A program made the translations under genes and the position numbers. Under the pieces are notes generated by a model. That model was given only the letters and a program-made list of their open reading frames with translations, did not search any database and was not told where the DNA came from. This document shows, piece by piece, positions 1-11,100 of a stretch of 64,000 nucleotides of DNA. The stretch's first letter is position 1; every line of letters starts with the position of its first letter. Source of the stretch: Klebsormidium nitens (taxonomy: Eukaryota > Plantae > Klebsormidiophyceae); contig DF237255.1 of NCBI GenBank assembly GCA_000708835.1, forward strand, positions 1 through 64,000. The letters are read 5' to 3'.

Positions 1-38
1 AAGGTGCCGACAGTTTTGCTGACGTCACATTGCGCGAG

Positions 39-119
39 AACTTCGAGAGTTTCGCAAAGTTCGAGAGTTTTAGAACTCTCGAAAAACGGCCGAAACTCCC
101 GACCGAAACTCTCGAAGTT
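39..119. repeat. Nested perfect inverted repeats (potential hairpin/cruciform)
   Basis: aacttcgagagtttcg (39-54) and cgaaactctcgaagtt (104-119) form a perfect 16-bp inverted repeat. It encloses a perfect 10-bp inverted repeat, ttcgagagtt (60-69) / aactctcgaa (74-83). Confidence 0.85.
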
Positions 120-1024
120 TCATCACTGCTTTCAAACCCCAGTTACGTTCTAGCGCGGCGGCAAACGCGCGTCCGCGTTCGATTCGTAGCAAAAATCCTC
201 CAAGGCGCGCGGGGCAGTCGAAGCTCGGTGGTTTTAAGGATGTGGATGTTGTGAGGGATTTTGCGTACGCTTTCGCATCGAACTCCGGGCAAGTCAAAAC
301 AGCGGCAGACTGGGCTCCCTTATCTTCCGCAGAGCGACGTCGTACAGCGTCGCAAAAACGCGGTTGACACGAAAGCTATAGTCCGCATATTATACTGCGT
401 AAAAGAGGCAAGCCAATATAGGCACTGAGAGTCATGGTATGGGTGTGAACTCCGGGAGCGGGTACGTACATTTGTCGGGTTGAGTTTTTGATTAGTTTTG
501 CTTTTCCCCGGGACTGGCATCATCCTATACCTGGAAACTTATTATGCTAGCTACCTAAAGCCTAGCAGTATTACATGTTCGACGAACATATGCGCACATG
601 TATTGGATTGAAGCGGCCGCCGGACCAGGTATTTATGCACTAGATAACCATGGCGGCGGGCGGCCATGGCGGCAGCACACCAGAATGGATAAGTTTCGAG
701 CGGCCGGGCCGCCGCGCATGTGCTCCAAGCCCTTGGATCTTAGCTGTTTTTTGTTGGTAGTACCAAGGCAGCACGCGCTTTGATAACACGTACATGCTGC
801 ATGATGATAACACCGGCACGTGCCAGACTTTCTTCCACGACGAAAATTTCCTATACTGACCAAGATGACGTAGCAATAAAATTGTTCAAGAAGTACTTAC
901 AACCTCATATCCTTGATGGCTAAGTTACATATTTGTAGCTTCTACGCCGCGCGCGCACGCTGGCAGTTGCCTGCATGCTAACCTGCCAGGGTTTGGGTGC
1001 TTATAGTGGTCAATTTGAGTGAAC

Positions 1025-4005
1025 TCAAAACTTTCGTCGTTTAGGCAGAAGCTGTTCGTATGTCCCAATGTCTACTCCCGCATCTTCGTCCGTTTCAATC
1101 CCAAGCTCCTCCTGCAGACGTTCAGAAAGTCGGGGTGTTTTTGCTTTCGTTCTGTAGAGAATACATAGTTAGCAAGATCATCCGCAAGTCAAGAAGAGTG
1201 TTCCGTGTGAAGAGCCGATCTTCAAACCAACCGCCAAAAGCTGCGTTTAACTTGGCAGAGCTGACTCTTCCACGTAGTCGCATCAAAATACGAGGGGGCT
1301 CATCAGGCGTTCCTCACACGTAGACATGTCTTCATGAGCAAGAAAGGCCGGAACACGCCAAAAGCTCACCTGGAAATCTTTCAGGTTTTTGGTCATGCTT
1401 TCGGTTATCTGCGTACAAAGAGACGACGAAGGCAATGAGATTGGTACTTCAACTTCTTCATCAAGAATGTGGCACACACTTCAAGCCCTGCCGTTAACGG
1501 AACAACCAGCGAAAAACGACTGCATTTTGTGTGTTGTAATATCTCCTTGCAAGCTTTCCTCCCCTTTCGTTCTCACAGATGGAAACATTTCATCCTCTTC
1601 ACGCTGGATGATGCAACGTTCAGGACAAGCGACGAGAAAAAGTGACTCACCTGGTTCCACAGCTCCTTGAACATTCGTTTCCGTTTCCGCCATTGAGTCA
1701 GTCCGGTCGTGAACCTCTCCTCCACTTTTTTCCGGTCCTCAGCAGTGATCAGAACCTTCCCGTCCCGCAGCGTGACCAGTTTGGCGTCCATAGCGGCATT
1801 CTGCGGTGCAGAGACCGTTTCAAGGTTTGAGCAGAAGTAGGCCTTCTTTTAAACCGAAAAGCTAACCTGAAAGTTAACGATCTTTCAACGAGCACACGCT
1901 GCGCCTGTTCTAGTGAGAGACCAGTGCTTTTGTTGGAGCCCCACCAAACCTCATAACTACGTACTGACAACTTCGGAGCATAAGACATGAAATCTCGACA
2001 AGACTAAGCTGACTGACCTATGAACCAGCTGAGGACGAGGACTCAGAGCTAGGCTTGAGCATGTTAGGAAGAATATTGATAAGAACCTTCTTTGACACAA
2101 CAGGAACCTTGATTGTCGAAGTACTGCGAAACACAGACTCACTTCGTCTGTCACTTTCTTGAGGCGAGATGCAATCTCTTCCATCGTCAGCGAGGACTCG
2201 AGCGTCTTCACCTCTGCACGAAGACTTCCGAGCTGTCAGAAAATGACCAGTTGGCTGCACAAAGCCCCCCAAGTTGTAAACCTGTCCTTAACCTGTCGAA
2301 TCTCGTTCACGACGTAAAAACCTCAAGTCTCACAATTGCTTCGTCATCTGTTAGACTGGTCGGACTCACACTAACTTTATGCCAACTTTCTACTTTGCAG
2401 GTACAGGCTCGCATAGAACAAGATGTTGCCATTTCCATACCCTAAAAGGGTTCCCATCCAGAATCCTAAGATATAGGGAGGTTTTTTCTTTTCTTAAAAG
2501 CATATGCAAAGAATGCAGGTACGTTGCACGACACTTCAGGCTCCGACGAACACCCACCTGCTTCGAGTTCTTGGACGCCTCTCTCTGCCTGTGACGAGAA
2601 AAAACAAGGATGCATACAGTAGGCCAACTTCAAGGATGACGGCAGCTCTCAAATCTCAAGAATCAAGTGGCGAGCGCAACAAACTGTCACCTAGACAGAG
2701 GCTTTTCTAGGGACGTCAACGAAAATCGTTCAGATTTAATGCCTGCACTGACCACGATTACTAAGGGGAGTTCATCACTTGATGCGTACCTCAGCGACCT
2801 CGACAGCCAATGCGTCATTCTCCTTTCCCCTCCGCTCCAGTTCCTCCGCTTCTGGCTTCTGCATAATGCATCACGTTCAGTGCATCAGAAACTGGCAGTA
2901 AAACTCGGGATCCAGGAAGAGAACATCCCCAATCCTCCGTGTTCTCCAGTGCTCAAAGAAGACATCTTGCTCGTCCCCGCGACTGTATAAGATTATCCTT
3001 CAAAAGACATTCCCTTGATGCAGGTGACAATGAAAGGGAATTCGCATACGCCTGATGCCAAGCATGACCGTTTTGCAAGGTCCACTGTCAGCTGACCTCA
3101 AAGTAGAAGGAATCGAAGCAACTCAATATTGTGGTGGATAAGACGATATTGAAAGCTCACATCGAACTGGTCTTGATCGGCAAGGAAGACCTTCTGCTTG
3201 CCATACTCCTTTACCTGCAAATCAAACGCCTTGACTTGTCAAGCTCCGGTCCCATCATGATGAGCGATAGGTCTTGAATACAATCCAGTGCAGGCCTTTC
3301 CAATGCTCCTGCTGCGGGCGTCTGAGTCTCGTTTCGAGAGGACGTTAGGATACAAAAAGACCGATATATATGTCAGAAACCCTCATGTCCTGATGTTACT
3401 CAGCTCTTTTGATTGCTTCACTGCAATTTGGATGACCTACTTCTCGAGAACTCCCTGGAAGCGAGGCTGCCAATGGAAGTGGAAACAGCAATCACCTTGA
3501 CTTTGCCGCTTTCTGCCAAAGAGAGCAGAGCTTTTTCGGCAGCGGCCTTGCTCCGCACGTTGCCAGAGGTCTGGAGATGGTCGGCGACGTACTGAGAGTT
3601 CAAAGGCCTGCAGATTATGGAAGATAGGTCAAACTCTCGAAGAATAAAAACCTTTCAGTTTTCCCGTTTTAGAACACTTTGAAAGCTTGTGAAACTTGAT
3701 CTTTCATAGAGGCAGGCAAATCTTCTGCCTGCTGCAAGTAGACGAAGGCATTCACGGCTATGGAGTCTTCTTGTGATTTGCCTCATGGAAGGTTATCTTC
3801 GGTGCAGTCAGTTCCTATGGCTCAAGGTTGTAGTCTCATTGGTAGGTGACAGACACACAATCGTCTTTCAAATGACAATAACTTCAGCTCAAAGACTGTA
3901 GTCTAGTTGCTAGGTGGCAGGCTTCGACCAATAATCAGTAGCCTACCTGTTTTGTGCATTGACGAAGTTTAACACAGTTGTGACGGGATCCTCTTTTGGC
4001 GCCAT
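1025..4005 (-). CDS. HOP2: HOP2/TBPIP homologous-pairing protein, 9 exons
   Basis: Phase-consistent GT-AG exons: 3947-4005, 3496-3607, 3161-3214, 2790-2858, 2558-2588, 2143-2213, 1651-1800, 1370-1408, 1025-1111. Translation includes MAPKEDPVTTVLNFVNAQNRPLNSQ, KAAAEKALLSLAESGKVKVKEYGKQKVFLADQDQF, TLESSLTMEEI, QWRKRKRMFKELWNQITE and EELGIETDED. These match recalled plant HOP2 motifs (EQNKPLN, KEYGKQKIY, QWRKRKRMF, EELGIELDED). Confidence 0.93.
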
Positions 4006-5145
4006 CTCAATTGTGGCAATCAATGCGGCAGGGAGTCTGCAAGGGGAACACGTTCAAGAGCTCTCAGCAGCATGCTGATGCTTCACTGAATGTACAAATA
4101 AGTTGGAAAGGATTTCAGAGGTGTTGAGTAGCTCTTGCCAGCTTCAGACGCAACCCTGGGTGTTGGTTGTGCCAGTTCTCCAAGAAACAATATTGTTGTT
4201 TACAATTGTTTGATGAAGCTTTACTCTTGGCAATTCAAACCAGCATCCTAAAGGAAAGCTCAACGGACTGCAGGTATGAGAGTTCACATTGAAGATTCAC
4301 AACTCAACGGGGCAATCTGCAATGAGCTTGAAGATACTTAAACTCATGAAGACAAGCGATGATCAGCTGCATTGATCATGCAGCAGCACAAGCTTGGTTC
4401 GCAGCCTCACCTTGATCCTCAAAAAGCTGTGCCTCTCTGTTCAGCTTTCAATGATTGGTCCAAAAGGTTCCGCTATGATTGGCAAGTTTTCCAAGGCTGC
4501 CTCCCACAGCCTTCATAGGGGACCTTCAGCGAACACGTGACCTCTTTCAAGCAGCATCTCTGAACCGTGAAGGCAAATTAAGCGTGAAGAGGTGTAGCTG
4601 GAAATGGACACATTCCATACCTATTCCGCGCCAACTACGGAAGGGGAATAGACAGAACCCCTAAAACCCCAGTTCGCTTGGCGTTGAAAAAGCACTGCCA
4701 CCATGCAATCACTGCTCATGAATGTCAATGAGCAGATCTTCGAACAATATGATATATGCAGATTCAACATTCCTCCATCTGGCTAGGTTAGCTCAGAGTC
4801 AGAGTCAAGTGGCTCATGAGAAAGTTCCCCTTTTGTATTTGAAAGTTGACGCGGGAGAGTTCCCCGAGGCGAAACGTTGCTCTGACGGTTTTCCAGGCAT
4901 GAGACAAAGTCGCAGGAAGGGAAAGGTAACCTCTCGGTGCCGGCTTTCTTGCCGTTCGCTGCCGGAGCAGTGCCCCGGTCGCTACGTGTGCCGGCTCAGC
5001 TTGCACATCGCATCTGTTCTGCACAAGCAAAGCACAGAGGTGCAAGGTTCACGAAGGCATTGGCCCTCGAAATTCCATTTTGTTTCGCTAGAGCTGATGA
5101 AAAGTGGATCAAGGTTGCCGCACTCGGCTTTGTTCCCTTGAAAGC
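4006..5145. promoter_or_regulatory. Divergent intergenic region between HOP2 and pTAC10 start codons (putative bidirectional promoter plus 5' UTRs)
   Basis: Inferred only from head-to-head geometry, with start codons 1.14 kb apart. No core promoter element was identified. Confidence 0.45.
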
Positions 5146-8100
5146 ATGGATCTTCAGGTCTTGTCGAGGCGGGCCTGCCCCCTCTCAAGCCCGGCTTCCG
5201 GTTTTGGGTCGACCAGAGCGAGAGCGGAGCTTAGTAAAAGTAGCAATCTGCTGCCCTTCTTTGGCAGAACATCCAAAACTCCTTTCCTCGATGGACGTGG
5301 TGCTGTGAAATTCAGCAAGGGCTTTGGGAGACAAGGCCAGGTGAGAGGAGCGGTAAAAGGGGCGTTCGATGGAAAGGGTGGTGCAGAAGGTTCCTCTGGT
5401 AATGGACGTTTTAGCTGCAGATATAGGTTACCTACATTGCAGCAAGGTGCCAAGTCTGCTCTGAGCACCTCAAAGGCAGTTACCAGCTTGTTCATTTCTC
5501 CAAGCTGCCACATCGAAAGAACCGCACGCGGAGGCAACCGGAGGCGGCGGGCAGGGAAAGTGCGTGCAATCACAACAGATGAAGCCTACGAGACGCTGGC
5601 GGATTTAGAGAAGCGGTTGGATGAGGAAGGGGGAGAGTACGACGACGAGGAATATTATGAGATTCTGCCGGACAAGCGGCGCGCAGCCACCGAGCCCGTG
5701 CGGAAAGTTATGGACCTCAGTTGGCTGTGGCTGCTGGAGGAACTGCGTGAGTGCTCCAATTTGTACTAAGAAGTTTTTCTGCGCCTTGGTTTGAGCAGCA
5801 CTGCAAACTTGCGGAAGTATTCTGTGGAGACCTTCTTGAAAGCTGCTTAAAGTGACCTCTCGAGCTAAGAGAGAGCTCAGTCGCCTCACAAACAGTGAAG
5901 CAAGAGAAGTTTCGTGGTACAATCTCTCCGATTGATTGTAGCTCACAGACCCGCTCGTGTGGCTGTTTCGGTCGGCGCTAACCGAGGCAGCATTTGACTT
6001 GCATTTCTTTATTTCCTGCTCTTCCGAATTGCTCAAAATCTCTCTTCGCACAACCACTTCGCACCACCACTACTTTGTCCACTATCCTGTCCGTCACATT
6101 ATCTATGTGAATTTGGGATAGGGTCCTCCCTTCCTTCCTTGTCTTTTAAAGTGCGTCCATCGTCCAGATGCAGCTGGTCTGCCGCCCACTTTTGTTATGT
6201 ACTCTTAGGTAGAAGTGAGAGCAAAGTCACCATTTCTAGCACACCCCAGCCGATTGCACAGCTTGGATTCTTACGTGACAAAAGTATCAAGAAAGATGTG
6301 ATTGCTTTCTGTCATTTTTAAAATGGACCACTTCTACCCTCCCTCCACCTTTCCCCATGCATACTTTTCAAGTCCTGCCACTCAAGAGGCCAAAGCGGAG
6401 TGTATGGTCTTGCATCGGCGCAAAGTTCCTTACTGTCTTGCCGCGCAGCTGGAGACAGGCGGTCGCGTCCCGAGGAGGCCGTTCGCTACCACTGGCGATG
6501 GGCGGTCGAAGGCTTCCTGTGCCACATGTTGGGTGACAACTGGCCCGACCGCCTCGCCCGGTTGACGCGAACCGGGGAGCTCGCGCTCTACCCCGTCCAC
6601 TTCCAACCGCAAGAGATGCCGTACTTCGAGGCCGAAGTGGACCGGATAGCGGCGCAGGACGCGGAGATGACGGGGAAAGCGCACCTGCAATCGAAGCGGA
6701 GGCTCGAGAAGGAAAAGCAGCGAATTCGGGAGAAGTTGGAGGATCAGTGGGAGGCAGGGGAGCGGATGCGCGCGGGGGACGTGCGGGCGTTTTTTACGGA
6801 GGAGGAGGAGGCGCGGTATGAGGGGTTCTGGGCGGCATTTGAGGGGCGGTTTGGGGGGAACTGGAAGGAGAGGTTGGTGTGGGACAGGGAGGCAAGGCAG
6901 TGGGAGCTGGACGGTGGGTCGCAATACACCTTCACTTTGTTTTGAAGAGAAGAGTTCTGCAGAAGTTGGTGGATCATTTGCAAGGCGTCCTCGCAAGATG
7001 TCTCGTGCAGCGAATTGTCAACAGCGCAGAAAGCCTGCTTTGCTTGACTTCACTGGTTCGATCAGACCCCCGGCGACCGAGATTGTCAGTATTCATGTTG
7101 AAGGATCGAGACGGGGGTCTCTTCAAGAAACCCAAAGCCAAGAGCTGGCTGAATGTTGGCCTGTGATTTCACCTTTGTGAACTCCTTTAATATCTACAAG
7201 ATTGTGAGCAAGCGGTGACATCTCGTTGTGCAAGGCAGCTTGGACCAAAGGTCTGATGGCGCTAGCGTTGTTTGGAAACAGGGGAGGTGGTCCGCCCCGC
7301 CGAAGAACTGGCGAGTCTTGTATACGGAGCGGACTGGCTGCAGCGAGCCCGGAAGGTTCACGGGGACTCTCAATGGTGGAGAGCCATCCAGGCAGAAAAG
7401 GTGATTCTTCGGACTTTCGTTGTATTGCCCCTCCTCCTCCTCTCCAAGATTGGTGTAGCCGAGTCTGAGCGATTCGTGCAAATCGGAGATTCAAACCTGG
7501 ACCATCTTATCACTCGGCCGCACAAGTGTGTGTAACATGTGTCACGCGCAGCTCGTCTCCTGGTGGTATTTTAAATGCGACGTCAGGACTCGACGCACTC
7601 GAGCAGCCGCACAATCGGTTATCTGATTCAAGACTGAGATGTTAATCTGCCCGTCCGAAACCAGTTTTGGATACAGAGGGAATGCAAGACTCGTGGGCTT
7701 CTAAGGAGCTGCATGTTCTGACTCTCTCTTATGTTTGGAAACAGTTTGTGTGATCTGTCGCGCCCATCTCTTTCCTATATATGAACCCGTTCTGCACTGG
7801 TACTCGACACACCTCTCAATCTTTTCGCGCGAGGCTTTCAAGCAGCGCCTTTAGTGTAACGCGGAGTCACACCCTGTCTTCCAAGAGCACAGTGCTCTAT
7901 CTATTCTCGCCATTGAACAACTCCCGACTCTAAGCATCCTTTTATTTCTCTTCGAGAAGAGAGTCTGAGCACACCTGTTTGTGCGACGCGCTGGTGCCTT
8001 ATGTGCGACGGACCCGTTTTATGTAACTTCCCCGCTTCATTTCCTGGTTCGAACTCGTGGTGCCATAATGTGACAGTCATTTTGGTTTTCGGGTGGAAGA

Positions 8101-11100
8101 GGTCTGGATGCGGTACTACCAGCAAATCAACGTGTGACGTCATACATGCGAGATCGAATGCTATCGGCTCAACCTTAAGGGTTCCCCCTACCGACCCACA
8201 TTATATAATGTCCGGTTCCAAGCTCAAGCGGGCGTTTGCTGTTTTTCCCTTAGCGTCGAACAACTCCAGTTCCTAAGCGCAGACTGTTTCTTTGCCAGGG
8301 GAAAGACTCTTGGGGGCGCAGCGGTTTCAGCAAATTGACGCGCTGACATCATATCTGCGACCGACTCTGCTTTGTGAAACTTATAAGCAACTTCTAAGTT
8401 TCAACCCCCAGAATTTGCGGAACCGTAAACACGAGTTCCGTCTGTCTCCAGGGGAAGCAGTTTTGGGCGCAGCAGTTCCAGCAGAGCGACGCGCTGATGT
8501 CATACATGCGTCAGACGGAGCTGTGGCCGCACCGTGTGTGGCTGGACGCCAAGGACGAGGTGACGCGGATCGTGAAGGCGGGGAAGCAATGGCCGGCGAT
8601 TTGGACTACGAAGAAAGAGGAGACGGACGATGAAGTGTGGCTGAGGATTGACGAGGCCGACAAGTTGTTCCATCGGGAGGAGCAGCTGACGCTGCGCAAG
8701 TATACCAAAGGTGAGCGGCGGGGTGTGAATGCGGACTGTTCTGGACACGTGGCGCCCATCCAGAAGCGTGGAAGAGTGGACGCGGTAGATTAAATCAATC
8801 CAGCACAGTTGAAGGCCTGGCTGAGCTGGAATCGACCTGTTAGTGCAAACGCGTGGAACTTGTGAGAAAGGTAAGCGGCAGCTCAAAATGAATGATTGTG
8901 TTTTTCGGGGAGGTCAAACCGTGCTTGCACTGTTTTCTTTACAGGCCTGCGGGGCTTTGAATGAGCCTGCCCTGTACGCCCAATATTTGGAATTTGGTCG
9001 CTGAAACGAGCGATTTCATTTTAGAGGAAAGGGGGCCTTCGCCATCTCATGACCCGGGTGATGTTCAAAATATGTTTTCTACGGCATACGGCAACCCTGA
9101 TCGACTTGGAGATGACTTCTTCACCGGCAAACCGAGTACATATGGATCCCGAAAGAACACGATTTGCGACAGCTTGAGGAAAGCAGTGGCGCCATCAAAT
9201 GCCCAGCCCATAATCCCAGATTTCGCAGGGTTGATCGAGCTCGAAGTGAACCTGCACCAGAAATCCAAGTGTACGGAGCTTCGGCGACAACACGAAGAGC
9301 GACAGCTCGAGAAAACGAGCGGCAATTCGTCATCCATTCTCCGGAATCTCCAGATACAATCAAGCCCACACTTATCGTTTGCAGGCCTGATCGAGCTCGA
9401 AATGATCTTCACCGATCCCGAATACGTAGAGCTCCAGTGAAAACACGAGGAGCGACAGCTCGAGAGGTGGAGTGGCGCTTTGACCCCTACCAACACCCTA
9501 CAGATTCGGATTCCTAATCTGATAAATTCCCCATGGTACAGGCCTGATCGAGCTTGAAATGAACTTGCAGGTGGAGCTTCGGCGACAACACGAAGAGCGG
9601 CAACTGGAAAAGAAGGAGTGGCGGGTCAGTTCCTACCGGAAACGAAAAAGCCAGATTCCTAGTCTGTTTAACCCCATTTTGCTGCAGGCCTGATTGAGCT
9701 CGAGATGAACCTGCACAAGGAACCCGAGTACGTGGAGCTACGGCGGCAACACGAAGAGCGGCAATTGGAGAAGAAGGAGTGGCGCTTCGGAGCGCTGGCG
9801 CAAGCGTACTCGCGCCTCTTCATGGTGGATGGCCGGTTCACGACTGTGCCAGAAGAAGAGGAGAAGCGGCGGAAAGCGGCAGAGCCTCCGGTGCACGACT
9901 TGCCCTTGCCGTACGATTACCACTTGGAGGTGAGCGGGACGCAATGGAGGAGTGGGTTCGCCTGCTTTTGGAATGAGCGTTCCACCTCGCCGCAGGTTCC
10001 GAGAAGCTTCTGAAGTGCAGCAGTTTGACAAGTTGGTGGATGCAATCGCTTGACAAGCGCCGCTGTTTTCTGGGAGCGTAAGGAAACGCTCCGTCCGGCA
10101 GATTTGCGCCCTCCTACGGATTCCTAGGCAACGGATGGTGCTCCTTGTTCGGCGTCCATAGTTGCTTAGCATTGTCTTGATTAAGCGTTTTGGTAGCGGT
10201 TTCTGCCTCATGCAAGATTCTTCGTACCCAATGAGGATCTTGCGTGGCGCAGAAAGCGCTACAATTTGCATGCGAATCAGAAAGGTATATCAAGAATTTA
10301 ACAAAGATGTGCCGCGCTCTCGTGGCCGCCTATCGCCCCGTCGTCCACTGACGTCACTCCGTCAGATGGTCCTTCTGTCTGGCGTCGCTTTCGCATTTGA
10401 CACGCTCCGCTAGCGCCGCTCGCACAAAGGCTGACCATGTCCTGCGTGGAACTCCCGTCTGTGTTGACGTCATTCTTTACGTATTTCATGTCCTCAGAGT
10501 CCAACAACCGTTTTTTCCCCAAGTGGCATCGTCAGTGTTTTGCTCGTTCAATTCTGAATCATACCTTCGCGTTGAGAACTCTGATCTGGTTGGAACTCAT
10601 AAGGCATGACCACTGTGCAGCCAAACCCGCTCCGGGACGTCACGGGCCGTCCCCGCGACGCGTTCCTTCTGCCCCGGAACCGGAAAGTGCCCAAGAGCTG
10701 GCCGCCCCCCGGTTGGGAGGTCCCCGCAGACGAGCTGGCGTTTCTGAAAGAGGGGGAGGATGAGCGGGACTTGTTTGCGGAGGCGGCGCAGCAGGCGATC
10801 GAGAAACTGGGTGAGGATCGACTGCGAATCCTGTCATTTTATCCTTTTTCAATATTGCATTGACTGTTTGGAGCTGGCGTTCCTGAAAGAGGTAGACATT
10901 GAGCGGGACTTGTTCGCAGAGGCGGCGCAACAAGCGATTGAGAAACTGGGTAGGATCGACCACGGATTTGCCATTCTATTCCTCTCAATGTTGCCTTGAC
11001 TCTTTGGAGCTGCTTCCTGAAAGAGCGGGTCGACGACCAGGAGTTGTTTGCGAAGCGGCGCAGCAGGCGATCGAAACTAGGTGAGCGGGTTTTGCTTCAT

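Noticed and set aside
5104-6945. Separate two-exon gene ending at the stop at 6943-6945
   Set aside because: A phase-1 donor (GACG|gtgggt at 6913) links in frame to the exon at 7282 and on to the pTAC10 core, so a single gene is more parsimonious. It remains possible as an alternative short isoform.
6430-6996. 188-aa minus-strand ORF
   Set aside because: Antisense shadow of GC-rich pTAC10 exon 2; Pro/Leu/Arg-rich with no domain signal.
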